Shown here: positions 7,885-17,920 of the stretch, piece after piece
How positions within the stretch are numbered: the first letter of the stretch is position 1
How the letters are laid out: each line of letters opens with the position of its first letter
Origin: an uncultured Spirochaetota bacterium
GTDB lineage: Bacteria; Spirochaetota; Spirochaetia; SZUA-6; Fen-1364
Direction of reading: 5' to 3'
Length of the DNA stretch: 64,000 nucleotides
Assembly (NCBI GenBank): GCA_963845535.1
Contig: CAWJSK010000015.1
Coordinates: 64,001-128,000 of the forward strand
The notes under the pieces: generated by a model
Seen by the model: only the letters and a program-made list of their open reading frames with translations
Told to the model about the DNA's origin: nothing
Databases searched by the model: none
Translations under genes and position numbers: made by a program

Positions 7885-9731
7885 GTCGCCACCTTCTCCC
7901 CGTAAAGTTGCGCGGCCAGCCGCGAGAGCATTGCCACGCCCTTCACTTCACGGGGCAAAAGCGGTATCTGCACGAGGGGCAGACCGAAGCGTTCGCCTAT
8001 TTCCGCAAGATATTTCTCCTGCATGGCCCGTCGGGCCCGCACAAATGGTGTGGATGCCCGTTCGGGTGGGATGACGAAGTTCGCCACCACAAGACTTGGG
8101 CGAATCCCCACAGTTTCCAGTTCCCGCGCCGCCCGCCACGCTTCGAGAATGGGTGTTGCCTCCGGATACATGACAAAGGCGAAAGTGCTCTGCTCCTGGT
8201 CGCGCATCATGTCGATCACCTGGGCGAACCGCTTCTTGGCAACGTCATCGGCGGCGGAAGCATCCACGGAGGCAAAGACTTTCACATCGATCTGCTTGCT
8301 CCAGTCGATGGGCAGCTCAAGCAGACGAAGGGTGTGCCCCGTCGGGGCGGTGTCGAAAACCACCGCCTGCCAGTCTGGCTGGGAAGCATATTCGATGAAC
8401 TTGTCGAACGCGGCCATCTCCTCCGTGCAGGGCGAGTTGAGCTCCTCCTCCATCACCGCGATGGCTGATTCGGGCCGACCGCGCTTGCGGGCATCCTCGA
8501 GGATACGCGCCTTGTAGGTCTCCGCCGCGGTCTTCGGATCGATCTTGACCGCCCACAGGTCAGGCTGCCCTGCGACGGCCGCGATTTTATCTCCAACAGG
8601 GGTGTCCAACACGTCGCCCAGATGCGCTGCCGGATCCGTGGTCAAAAGCAGGGTCTTGTATCCCTGCTGCGCCAGCCAGACGGCGGTGACGCACGAGGCG
8701 ACGGTTTTGCCCACGCCGCCTTTGCCCGCAAAGAACAGGGTCCGGCGATGGCCGTTGGGCTGGATGCGGGAGCGAATGTCATCGAAGCTCGATGCAAAAT
8801 CCTCCCCGACGGTTTTCTCATCTGCCGCGTCAGAGTCCAGCCGAGCCTTCTCGCCGTCAAAGAAGACTCTCCCCACCTCCCGAAGCCCCTCCACCCCCAT
8901 GATTTCGCCTGGCAGCAGGATCATGCGCTTCTGAGGCATGGCGAACTCGCGCTTGATCTGAACGAGATAATCAGCCTGCATTTCGGCGCGGGCGGCGAAC
9001 AGAGGGTCTTCGGCGTCGTCGGCCTGGATGATGCCGTTGACGATCAAGCGGAAATTGTTGATTCCCAGTTTTTTAAGCTCACCGATGGCGCGCCGTGTCT
9101 CCCGGATGGCTATGGCTTCGGGGTGCAAGACGAACACAAAGGTCGAGAACGATGCGTTGCGCAGGGCGGCAAGGGCTCGTTCATACTTGAGCTTGGCGTC
9201 CTGAATGGCGGCGGCGGGACCGATGCAGGTCTGCCCGCTGCCCGCGCTGGCGGCGTCAATGGATTGCGTCCATTCGGCGGGCAGTTCCAGCAAGCGGATG
9301 GTGTGGCCGGTCGGGGCGGTGTCGAAAATCACCACGTCGTAAGCGTTTCCGTCCTGAGCGGGCGAATCCAGGAAGTCGGTGAAGCGGTCGAAGGCGGCGA
9401 CCTCCGCCGTGCAGGGACCGCTCATCTGTTCTTCCATCACCTGCACCATCTGGGGAGGGAAAGCGGCGCGGATGGGCGCCATGGCGCGGTCAATGTATTC
9501 CTGCGTCGACTTGTCGGGGTCGATTTCCATGGCGGCAAGGCCCGGCACGCCCGCGATCGGCGTGATCTGGTGTCCGATTTCCTGCTCGAACACGTCGGAG
9601 AGATTCGAAGCCGGGTCGGTGGTGACGATGAGAGTGCGCTTCCCCTCGTCCGCATAGCGCACGGCATGCGTACACGCCAGACTGGTCTTGCCCACCCCGC
9701 CTTTGCCGGAGAAGAACATGGACTGGGTCAT
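7881..9731 (-). CDS. arsA: Arsenite-activated ATPase ArsA (tandem A1/A2 domains)
   Basis: Two GKGGVGKT, two DTAPTGHT, and metalloid-site Cys equivalents in SGPCT, TCIGP and SPCTEE. Confidence 0.95.
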   Translation of the reverse strand: MTQSMFFSGKGGVGKTSLACTHAVRYADEGKRTLIVTTDPASNLSDVFEQEIGHQITPIAGVPGLAAMEIDPDKSTQEYIDRAMAPIRAAFPPQMVQVMEEQMSGPCTAEVAAFDRFTDFLDSPAQDGNAYDVVIFDTAPTGHTIRLLELPAEWTQSIDAASAGSGQTCIGPAAAIQDAKLKYERALAALRNASFSTFVFVLHPEAIAIRETRRAIGELKKLGINNFRLIVNGIIQADDAEDPLFAARAEMQADYLVQIKREFAMPQKRMILLPGEIMGVEGLREVGRVFFDGEKARLDSDAADEKTVGEDFASSFDDIRSRIQPNGHRRTLFFAGKGGVGKTVASCVTAVWLAQQGYKTLLLTTDPAAHLGDVLDTPVGDKIAAVAGQPDLWAVKIDPKTAAETYKARILEDARKRGRPESAIAVMEEELNSPCTEEMAAFDKFIEYASQPDWQAVVFDTAPTGHTLRLLELPIDWSKQIDVKVFASVDASAADDVAKKRFAQVIDMMRDQEQSTFAFVMYPEATPILEAWRAARELETVGIRPSLVVANFVIPPERASTPFVRARRAMQEKYLAEIGERFGLPLVQIPLLPREVKGVAMLSRLAAQLYGEKVAT

Positions 9732-10087
9732 CTGGCGCCCCCATTCAGTGATGCTTTGACTTCGTCAATACTTGGGTAAGCGCCCGTTTTGACAACCTGG
9801 CCCCGCACAACGGTGATCGGAAGGCATTCCATCTGCTTTGCGCGCACCAGGCGCATCACCTCGGCGTTGCCAAGAAAGGCCTTGGGGTTGCTGCTCATCT
9901 GGTAGCGTTCCACGCGCAGGTTGTCGCGCTGGAGAGTCAGGATCATCTCATTGACGTCCAGCAGGGTCTGGTCAAGTGTAGGTCCGCAAAGTCCCGTAGG
10001 ACAACACATCGGCGGATCGAAGAACTCTACGTCGGCGGGAACGGGCTTGGCGGGAACAACATTCAAGAGGGTAATGGGCTCACTCAT
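9728..10087 (-). CDS. arsD: Arsenite metallochaperone ArsD
   Basis: FDPPMCCPTGLCGP motif and LPITVVRGQVVKTGAYPS. Confidence 0.92.
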   Translation of the reverse strand: MSEPITLLNVVPAKPVPADVEFFDPPMCCPTGLCGPTLDQTLLDVNEMILTLQRDNLRVERYQMSSNPKAFLGNAEVMRLVRAKQMECLPITVVRGQVVKTGAYPSIDEVKASLNGGAR

Positions 10088-10476
10088 ATCTTCTCCTTCG
10101 AGGTCGCCTGCGATTTCCGGCTGAGTGCTTCCGGAAGGCAAAGAGATGCCTGAGGCCCGCACGTAAGACGCCGTGGCTGGATACGATCCGGGTCGAAGAA
10201 CGCACCGAAAGCGACGTTGAGTTTCTTGAAGGCATCTCGATTGACCGAATAGTAGACCCAGCGAGAATCGACGCGGTCCCGCTCGGCATTGACCAATCCG
10301 ATCTCCCGCAGGACGCTCAGGTGGTGCGAAATCAGGTTAGGCGCCATGCCTAGTTCTGGGCCCAGCTCGCAGTTGCACTGGACTCCCTGAATGATCAGAT
10401 CAAGCAACCGCAACCGTGAGGGTTCCGCAAGCGCCTTGAGCCAGCGGGAGAGCTCCTGCAGGTTGGCAGGCTGCAA
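10084..10476 (-). CDS. arsR: ArsR/SmtB transcriptional repressor
   Basis: LKALAEPSRLRLL...QCNCEL...ISHHLSVLREIGLV...WVYY; TTG start after GAGGA (ATG 10512 lies inside the operator). Confidence 0.88.
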   Translation of the reverse strand: MQPANLQELSRWLKALAEPSRLRLLDLIIQGVQCNCELGPELGMAPNLISHHLSVLREIGLVNAERDRVDSRWVYYSVNRDAFKKLNVAFGAFFDPDRIQPRRLTCGPQASLCLPEALSRKSQATSKEKI

Positions 10477-10500
10477 CTTGACATCCTCTTTGGGAGGAGA

Positions 10501-10548
10501 ATAGTTCAACATGTGTTGAAGTATATGGACGCCCGCAATTTTCGTCAA
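10501..10548 (-). promoter_or_regulatory. ars promoter TTGACG-17-TATACT with ArsR-type inverted repeat ATA.TTCAACA-TG-TGTTGAA.TAT
   Basis: Perfect 7-2-7 repeat at 10505-10520, just downstream of the -10. Confidence 0.8.
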
Positions 10549-10581
10549 GAGGGCGTAATCCGGCAGAGGGCGTAATCCGGC
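10548..10581 (+). repeat. Exact tandem duplication of 17 bp (AGAGGGCGTAATCCGGC x2)
   Basis: Directly visible. Confidence 0.95.
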
Positions 10582-10622
10582 AGCAGCGATTCGTTGAGAG
10601 CTTGCCATCCCCCACGGCCAGC

Positions 10623-11544
10623 TCAGTGAATGGCGCGCTGTTTGACCAATCCCTCGTCATCGCACCCGCCGCACTCGATCTGCAGCGTGACATGGTCGAC
10701 ACCGAAGCGTTCCGAGAGAAGCTGTTGTATCTGAGCGCGAAGCTCACCGCTTCTGCTAATGAGCATGTCCTCGACTTCTACGTGAGCCTCCGCGTGCACA
10801 TCGTGCTCCCCCACGGACCAGATATGCAGATGGTGGACGTTCTTCACTCCCGGAACATCCGATATGGCATCACGAATCGATTCGAGCGATACGCCGGAGG
10901 GTGCCCCTTCCATGAGAACATGGACCGCCGCCAGAAGGGTTCCGATTGCCTCTTTACCGATGTACAGGCCGATTGCGATTGTCATGATCGGATCAATCCA
11001 ATAGAGCTTCCACAATGCGATTGCGATGCCGCCAATGACGACACCCGCTGAGGAGATGACATCGCTGAACATATGCAGATATGTTGCCCTGATGTTCAGG
11101 CTCTCTCTGGCGCCGCGCTTGAGAAGAAGGGTTCCCGCGAGGTTGGCCGCAATCGCCTACCAGCGCCACGATCGTCATGACTTCCCCTTGCACAGCCTCC
11201 GGGTGCGCGAGCCGGCGGGCCGCCTGGTAGAAAAGGAAGAGGGTCACAGCAATCAGCGCCGCCGAATTGATGAAAGCGGCCAGGATCTCCGCTCTCTTCA
11301 TTCCGAAGGTATGGCGGGCCGAGTTCTGGCGGAGCCTCAAGCGGATCGCGATGTAGCTGATCGCCACTGAGGCTGCATCGCCAAGATTATGGAAGGCATC
11401 GGAAACAAGAGAAAGGCTGCCGGAAGCTATGCCTCCGACAAGCTCGACGGCAGTGATCACGAGGTTGAGCAGCAGCGTTGCGAACAGCCGCAGACCTGAC
11501 GTTTCTCCCGCCTGAGAACGGGTGTGGTTGTGAGGCTCGGCCAT
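10623..11544 (-). CDS. Cation diffusion facilitator (CzcD/ZitB-like), frameshifted near 11157
   Basis: SLSLVSDAFHNLGD in the 5' ORF; LHMFSD, IDP and HHLHIW in the 3' frame; one extra G in GTA-G-GCG. Confidence 0.88.
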
Positions 11545-11557
11545 GTCATCTCCTTTT

Positions 11558-11690
11558 TGGCAATATTACCATCAATAAAGCACCATGTCAACGCGGGAAG
11601 GGGACCGTGGGGTGGAGCACCGGTTTCGACGACGTACCGACATCGTCCTCTTGATACTTGACAATTGATGGCTGTTTGGTAATATATCCA
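11558..11690. promoter_or_regulatory. Divergent promoters with operator variants TGGCAATATTACCA (11558-11571) and TGGTAATATATCCA (11677-11690)
   Basis: TTGACA-17-TAATAT on the minus strand and TTGACA-16-TAATAT on the plus strand, each -10 inside the operator-like site. Confidence 0.65.
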
Positions 11691-11749
11691 GCAACGTTAG
11701 CTCCACGGCGCATCACAATTGAATGCGAAATGATCCGGACTGATTGTTT

Positions 11750-13857
11750 ATGAGAATAGGAATCGGGATTGACACGGGCGGAACCTTTACCGACGCGGTC
11801 ATGTATGATTTTGACGCAAAAGAAATACTCTCTTCGGTAAAAGCTTTGACAACGAAAGACAACTTATCTATCGGCATAGGAAGCGCTCTTGACGGGCTTC
11901 CGTACGACTTTCTCAAGAAAGCCGAAATGATAGCTCTTTCGACGACACTTGCAACAAATGCATGCGTTGAAAACAAGGGCGGCCGGGCCAAGCTTCTCTT
12001 TATCGGCGTCGATAAAAAGGTAGTCGAATGGGTTGGCCGCGACTATGGCTTGCCTGCCAGCGAAGAAATCTTCTTTCTGGCGGCAAAGAGCAATTCCAAG
12101 GGAGAAGTTGTCCAGGAACCTGATTGGATCACTTTCCTGAATAGCAGCACCGACTGGATGAAAGACGCCTGTGCTGTCGGTGTCGTCGAGATCGACGCAA
12201 TGGATAATAATGCTGTCCTGGAAATAAAGGCTAGAGACCTGATTATTGCGAAATATGGTGTACCCGTAATCTGCGGCCACGAGCTGTTCTCCGATCTCAA
12301 TTCCGTAAAAAGGGGCTCCAGCATACTCCTGAACGCGCGACTCGTCCCGCTGATTGCTGATTTCCTGCTCGCGACGAAGTTGGCGCTGGAAAAGAGAGCA
12401 ATTACTGCTCCGGTCGTCATTGTCAGAAGTGACGGAAGCCTGATGTCAGAAAAGTTCGCCATTCATCGCCCGGTAGAAACGCTGTTATGCGGTCCGGCTG
12501 CCAGCGTGATGGGCGGCCTTGCGTTGGCGGGCGAAAAGGACAGCTTGATAATCGATATGGGCGGGACAACGACGGATGTTGCAATCATAAAAGGTGGAGT
12601 GCCAAAGAAGGCAGCGAGACGGCATTCACGTGGGAAAATGGCGTACGTATGTCAAAGGGCTCTTTGTCGACACCTTTGGATTGGGCGGCGACAGTGCGGT
12701 CAGATTTGATGACAACGGTCGAATGACCATCGAGCCGAATCGTCTCATACCGTTGTCAGTCGCTGCCGACAGATGGCCTTTAGTTACTGAGAAGCTCAGG
12801 AGACTTGTCAGCACCAAAAGGAAGCATCCAATGCCATTGCATGAGTTCTTTTGTCTTGTTAAGGATATATCACGCAATTCCAATTACAGCACAAGAGAAA
12901 TTGCTTTCTGTAAGGCTCTTCAAAGCGGGCCGCTCATTCTTGCCGAGGCGGCAGAAGCAATTGGCACCGACGTCTACAATCTGGAAATGCGTCGTTTGGA
13001 AGAAGAGGGCGTTGTGATTCGATGCGGACTTACTCCCACCGACATCATGCATATCAGGGGCGATTTTGGCAGGTTCAATACCAGGGCGGCGGAACTGGGC
13101 GCGGAGTTTGTCGCATCATGTATCGATGTGTCTCCAGAAGCTCTTTCCGACATGGTGTATGATATGATGAAGAAGAAACTCTATATCAACATCGTGCGAG
13201 TTCTCCTCGAGGATCAATATCCTGATTTCAGAAAAAACGGTCTCGGCAGCGGGCTTCAATCCCTCATCTCGGAAAGCTGGGAAATGGCGAAGAATGGAAC
13301 GCAACAGAATTTCCTGCATTTCAGCCTTCCATACTCCCGCGGTTCTCGTCGGAATCGGAGCGCCAATTCACATTTTCCTGCCCGATGTCGCAAGGGCCTT
13401 GAATACAACGTGTATAATTCCTGAAAATGCCAGTGTTGCCAACGCGCTTGGGGCCATACTGGGAAATATCTCGGCTACGTACGAGATAGTGATCAAACCT
13501 CAATATTCAATTGAAGGAATCAACGGCTATATAGTCTTTGGACAATCTCACAATAGCCTTGTTCCCGAAAAGGAAGAGGCAATTGAAATTGGATTACAAG
13601 AGGCAAGAGCAGCGGCCAGAGATGAAGCCATGAGGCGCGGGGCTTCTGGAGATATTACCATGACGTCACGCGTGAACATGAGTACCGCTCACGCAAGAGA
13701 CAAATCGGAAATCCTTCTAGAAATCAAGGTAAGCGCAACGGCCATCGGCAGGATTTCTCTGGACGGAATGAATATGCGGGATGGGGTCGGAAATGAACAT
13801 GCGCGGGACAGATTGGGACCGGTGACCCGCGTCTCGGAAGGAGATCCAGTACAATGA
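11750..13857 (+). CDS. Hydantoinase/oxoprolinase family protein, split by two +1 frameshifts (~12612, ~13325)
   Basis: GIDTGGTFTD, LSTTLATNA, GPAAS, DMGGTTTDVA, TFGLGGDS, LTPTD and VANALGA spread over three consecutive ORFs. Confidence 0.88.
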
Positions 13858-14627
13858 TAAGCGGTATTGTCATGCTCAAGGGGCTCGTGGCCGCGCTCGT
13901 CGTTGGCTTCGTGACAGCCTCCATGAGAACCTGGGTTGACCGGTTCTTTCTCCTCATCATGCTGGTTGGAATTGTCGGCCTTGCCATCGACGAGGCTATC
14001 CTTGTCAACCTTGTCGTCGTCAGCCTCTCGGCCTTTCTCATGCTCCTCCGCCAGCGAAAAGCTCTCAGCTATGGCACATCCGTGCAAACGGTCGCGTTTC
14101 TCATTGTCGCTGCCGCCGTCGCAGGAGGCATAGCCGGAAGAATCATCGGAGCCGTGACGCCTCCCAAAGTTCTCCTGGGGGCTTTGGGGGTCTATGCCGT
14201 GCTCGTCGGCCTCAGGATACTTCTCATCAAGCCCCTTTCTGAGCGTGAGGCAAAGGCACATCCCGCCTGGCTGGCACCTGTGGCGCTTGGGAGTGGGTTG
14301 CTAACCGGATTCCTCTCCGCCGGTGGCAAGCCATTTGCCGTTCCCGCCTACAACAACGCGATGGGGCACCACCCTCAGACAGCCTATGCCTATGCGTCGC
14401 TGGGGGTCGTGGCGGCAGCCTGGTCAGCGCTTGCGACCCAGTTCGGCCTCGTTTCCGCAGTCTCACTCGCGGATATTGTTCTCGGGATCTACGAGTTCGC
14501 CCTGGTCACGCTTGTCGCCCTCCTTATGAACAGGCTGTGGTCCGAAAAACTCAACAGAGTCGTCAATCTGACAATTGCCCCGATCCTGATCATCGTGGGT
14601 GTCCGCTTCGTTATTTTCGCGGTCTGA
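13854..14627 (+). CDS. TSUP (TauE/SafE) family membrane protein, divergent
   Basis: About 8 TM helices, 'GLLTGFLSAGG' repeat motif. Confidence 0.6.
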   Translation: MISGIVMLKGLVAALVVGFVTASMRTWVDRFFLLIMLVGIVGLAIDEAILVNLVVVSLSAFLMLLRQRKALSYGTSVQTVAFLIVAAAVAGGIAGRIIGAVTPPKVLLGALGVYAVLVGLRILLIKPLSEREAKAHPAWLAPVALGSGLLTGFLSAGGKPFAVPAYNNAMGHHPQTAYAYASLGVVAAAWSALATQFGLVSAVSLADIVLGIYEFALVTLVALLMNRLWSEKLNRVVNLTIAPILIIVGVRFVIFAV

Positions 14628-14666
14628 GCGAACCCAAGAAGATCGTCAATTTTCAAGTCTTCCTGC

Positions 14667-14710
14667 TTGACAAATCGGCGAGGAGATAATATATTCGCTT
14701 TATTGAATAT
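14667..14710 (+). promoter_or_regulatory. Promoter TTGACA-17-TATATT with ArsR-type repeat ATATTC-N8-GAATAT
   Basis: Inverted repeat at 14691-14710 directly upstream of the second arsR. Confidence 0.7.
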
Positions 14711-14725
14711 AATTAGTGGTTAGAA

Positions 14726-15118
14726 ATGAACACAGACGAAAGAACGGCTGATTTTTTCAAGGCGCTTATGCACCCCGTGAGGCTTCGGATCCTCGCCATT
14801 CTCAGAAACGGCGAGGAGTGCGTCTGCCACATGGAAGCGGCCCTGGGGCTCAGGCAGGCTTATATCTCGCAGCACCTGACGGTTCTTCGGGAGGCTGGGG
14901 TGGTAAGCGTCAGGCGTGACGGCTGGAACATTTACTATCAGGCCATCGCTCCCGCAGTGTTCGGGATCATCGATGCGGCGGCAGAAATAGCCACTGGCGG
15001 TAAAGAGACCGTGGGGTTGCTGGCTGATCCCCGTCCGCGAGGCTGCGCCTGCCCCAAGTGCAATCTCGAACGCTCGACGAAAGTTCAGAAGATCGATCTG
15101 CCGCGGCGCATGGGCTGA
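14726..15118 (+). CDS. ArsR/SmtB transcriptional regulator
   Basis: FFKALMHPVRLRIL..EECVCH..YISQHLTVLREAG; C-terminal CACPKC. Confidence 0.92.
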   Translation: MNTDERTADFFKALMHPVRLRILAILRNGEECVCHMEAALGLRQAYISQHLTVLREAGVVSVRRDGWNIYYQAIAPAVFGIIDAAAEIATGGKETVGLLADPRPRGCACPKCNLERSTKVQKIDLPRRMG

Positions 15119-15158
15119 GGCGATATCTTAACAGGAACTCTGACAGGAGGAAGCGCGA

Positions 15159-15413
15159 ATGCTCACGATAAAGGTTTTAGGATCCGGCTGCGCCAATTGT
15201 ACTCACCTTGAAAGGATAGTGCGCAAGGTGGTTGAGACCAAAGGGATTGAGGCCAACGTCGAAAAGGTCACCGATATTTCGCAGATCATGCGCTATCCCA
15301 TTCTCTCGACTCCCGGGCTTGTCATCAATGAAAAACTGGTTTCGGCGGGGAGGATCCCGCAGGAGACAGAGATTGTGAATTGGCTTGAACAAGCGAAGGT
15401 ACAACAACAATGA
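15159..15413 (+). CDS. Small redox-active disulfide protein (MTH895-type thioredoxin family)
   Basis: IKVLGSGCANC...STPGLVINEKLVSAGRIP. Confidence 0.9.
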   Translation: MLTIKVLGSGCANCTHLERIVRKVVETKGIEANVEKVTDISQIMRYPILSTPGLVINEKLVSAGRIPQETEIVNWLEQAKVQQQ

Positions 15414-15458
15414 CATCGCGATTTTCGCGTCAGAGTTGAGCCGGGAAGGGACGCGTCA

Positions 15459-16517
15459 ATGGAGAACATTTTGCATATCAGGCTTTCCCAGATGAGACGA
15501 TCGCCTGTCTTCACGTACGTTGTCGTCGGTGCCGCGGCGGCTCTGTGGGTCGCGGCATACATCCTGCTGCCGCCCGTCACCCAGTGGATTACCTTCGATG
15601 CTTTTCGACTGACGCATGGCTCCCGCCTCGGGGAATCCGTGGCGTTCTTTCTCTACGACGTTCCCAAGATCCTGCTTCTGCTTTCCGGCATGATCTTTCT
15701 GATCAGCATCGTGCGGACATTCTTCAGCCCTGAGCGCACCCGGGCCATGCTGGGAGGGAAGCGACAGGGGGTCGGGAACGTCCTCGCGGCAATGCTCGGG
15801 ATCGTAACCCCCTTCTGTTCGTGCTCCGCTGTTCCGCTTTTCATCGGATTCGTGGAAAGCGGCATTCCGCTGGGCGTGACCTTCTCCTTTCTCATTGCCG
15901 CCCCCACGATCAACGAGGTCGCGGTCGTGCTGCTCTTCGGTCTTTTCGGATGGAAAGTGGCTGCGCTCTATATCGCCTCCGGACTCCTGATTGCCATCAT
16001 CGCGGGGGTGATCATCGGACGGCTGCGCCTGGAGCGCTTTGTCGAAGACTTCGTCTGGAAGCTGCAGGTCGGCCAGGCCAATTCTGTGGAAGAAAAGCAA
16101 CTCTGGCCGGATCGTATCAGGAGCGCGTGGGCAAGCGTGCGGGAGATCGTGGGGAAAGTCTGGCCCTACATCCTGGTGGGAATAGCGGTGGGCGCAGGAA
16201 TACACGGCTACGTGCCGCAGAGCGCCCTTGCTTCGATCATGGGCAAGCAGGCATGGTGGTCTGTGCCTGCCGCCGTGCTCATCGGTGTGCCCCTCTACTC
16301 AAACGCAGCGGGCATCATCCCGATCGTGAGCGCCCTGATCGAGAAGGGAGCCTCGCTCGGGACCGTGCTTGCTTTCATGATGGCGGTCGTAGGACTGAGC
16401 TTGCCGGAAGCGATAATCCTCCGGCGCGTGCTCAAGCCTCAGCTGCTCGGCATCTTCATGGGTGTGGTCGCACTGGCGATCATCATCACCGGCTACCTGT
16501 TCAACGTGGTCATGTGA
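15459..16517 (+). CDS. ArsP (DUF318) family permease
   Basis: TPFCSCSAVP, FLIAAP, GVPLY, GLSLPE motifs. Confidence 0.9.
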   Translation: MENILHIRLSQMRRSPVFTYVVVGAAAALWVAAYILLPPVTQWITFDAFRLTHGSRLGESVAFFLYDVPKILLLLSGMIFLISIVRTFFSPERTRAMLGGKRQGVGNVLAAMLGIVTPFCSCSAVPLFIGFVESGIPLGVTFSFLIAAPTINEVAVVLLFGLFGWKVAALYIASGLLIAIIAGVIIGRLRLERFVEDFVWKLQVGQANSVEEKQLWPDRIRSAWASVREIVGKVWPYILVGIAVGAGIHGYVPQSALASIMGKQAWWSVPAAVLIGVPLYSNAAGIIPIVSALIEKGASLGTVLAFMMAVVGLSLPEAIILRRVLKPQLLGIFMGVVALAIIITGYLFNVVM

Positions 16518-16527
16518 GGATAGCGCC

Positions 16528-17283
16528 ATGTCCATGATCGTCTCTACGGTGAGCGCAGCACTGGTGTTCGTTTTCTCCGGCCTTCTTGCGATGGCCGGCC
16601 TGGGCGCTGCATTCCTCTTCGTGCCCCTTTTCTACTACCTGGGCGTGCCGCTCGCCGAAGCTACTCCGACGGCGCTGCTCCTGAACGTGGTGAGCCTCCT
16701 GTTCGCGGCAATCACCTACTGGCGGGCAAAGCTCATCAACTGGCGTGTGGGGCTGCCCGTGCTTGTGACAGCGGTGATTCTTTCTCCGCTCGGCGCGCTC
16801 CTCACGCCGCGCGTGAACAAGAGCGTGCTGCTGTGGATGTTTGCGGGCTTCCTGGTTTTCGCGGGAATCATGATGCTCTTCTTCAAGGCACGCAAACGGG
16901 AAAAGGAAATGGGCCGCGCTGTTGAGGCGGGCGCGGGTGTCGGCGTCGGCGGGGTGGCCGGATTCCTGGGTGGGCTCCTGGGCGTGGGGGGCGGCAACTT
17001 CATCGTGCCGGTTCTCAACTGGCTGGGACTGGACCCCAAGGTGGCCGCGGGAACCACAGCGCTCGTGGTGGTGTTCTCTTCCCTCTCCGGATTCCTGGGC
17101 CACGCGACCTTGGGCGGGCTCGATCCCCTGTTCATAGGCATCATGGCTGTGATGGCCGCGGCAGGTTCAGTGGTCGGCTCTCAGTTGATGAAAACAAGGA
17201 TATCCAGCAACCAGCTCAAAAGGATGATCGGAATCCTTCTGTGGTTGATAGCAGCCAAAATGATCTGGGACCTGGTCAAATAG
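16528..17283 (+). CDS. TSUP (TauE/SafE) sulfite-exporter family protein
   Basis: GLGAAFLFVP and GFLGGLLGVGGGNFIVP repeats. Confidence 0.9.
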   Translation: MSMIVSTVSAALVFVFSGLLAMAGLGAAFLFVPLFYYLGVPLAEATPTALLLNVVSLLFAAITYWRAKLINWRVGLPVLVTAVILSPLGALLTPRVNKSVLLWMFAGFLVFAGIMMLFFKARKREKEMGRAVEAGAGVGVGGVAGFLGGLLGVGGGNFIVPVLNWLGLDPKVAAGTTALVVVFSSLSGFLGHATLGGLDPLFIGIMAVMAAAGSVVGSQLMKTRISSNQLKRMIGILLWLIAAKMIWDLVK

Positions 17284-17301
17284 CAGGACAAGGAGGCCAT
17301 T

Positions 17302-17898
17302 ATGGCAACGCGTTTTGTTCCCCCCGAATGGGCTTTCGAGTTTCATGCCCACGAGTGCCCCTTCATGCCCATCGGATACCGCATGGGCAGGCTGGCCATG
17401 GAATACCTGGGCGTGGAAAAGGAAGCCGACCACGGGTTTTTCGTTTTCCCCGAGCTGGGTGAAGGCCACCCGCAGACCTGCATGATGGATGGAATGCAGG
17501 TGGCAACTGGAGCCACCTACGGCAAGGTGATGATCGCCAAGACGTTCTACGGAAAGCTGGCGGCAACCTTCTATCACCCCAAAAAGGGTGCGGTACGCTA
17601 CGCGCTGCTGCCAGAGTTCACCGACGCAATGGGCAAGTTCGAGTTCTTCGACTATCGCAAGAAAGGCGTCGAACCGTCCCAGATACCTCTGGCGGTGCGT
17701 CGAGAGGTCATCCAGTGGGTCTACGACCAGCCGGATGAAGCAATCTTCAAGGTGGAGGCCAAGCCGGATTTCCGCTACACCCCGCCCAAAGGCTCTTTCA
17801 ACAAGGCCAAGTGCAGCGTTTGCGGCGAATACGTCTTCGAGCGATACGTGCGCACCAAGGACGGGAAACCGGTGTGCATCCCCTGTTCGGGTTATTGA
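17302..17898 (+). CDS. FmdE family protein with C-terminal zinc finger
   Basis: FHAHECP...CMMDGMQVATGATYGK; CSVCGE...CIPC. Confidence 0.88.
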   Translation: MATRFVPPEWAFEFHAHECPFMPIGYRMGRLAMEYLGVEKEADHGFFVFPELGEGHPQTCMMDGMQVATGATYGKVMIAKTFYGKLAATFYHPKKGAVRYALLPEFTDAMGKFEFFDYRKKGVEPSQIPLAVRREVIQWVYDQPDEAIFKVEAKPDFRYTPPKGSFNKAKCSVCGEYVFERYVRTKDGKPVCIPCSGY

Positions 17899-17920
17899 AG
17901 CACGGAAAAGGAGGAAAGAC

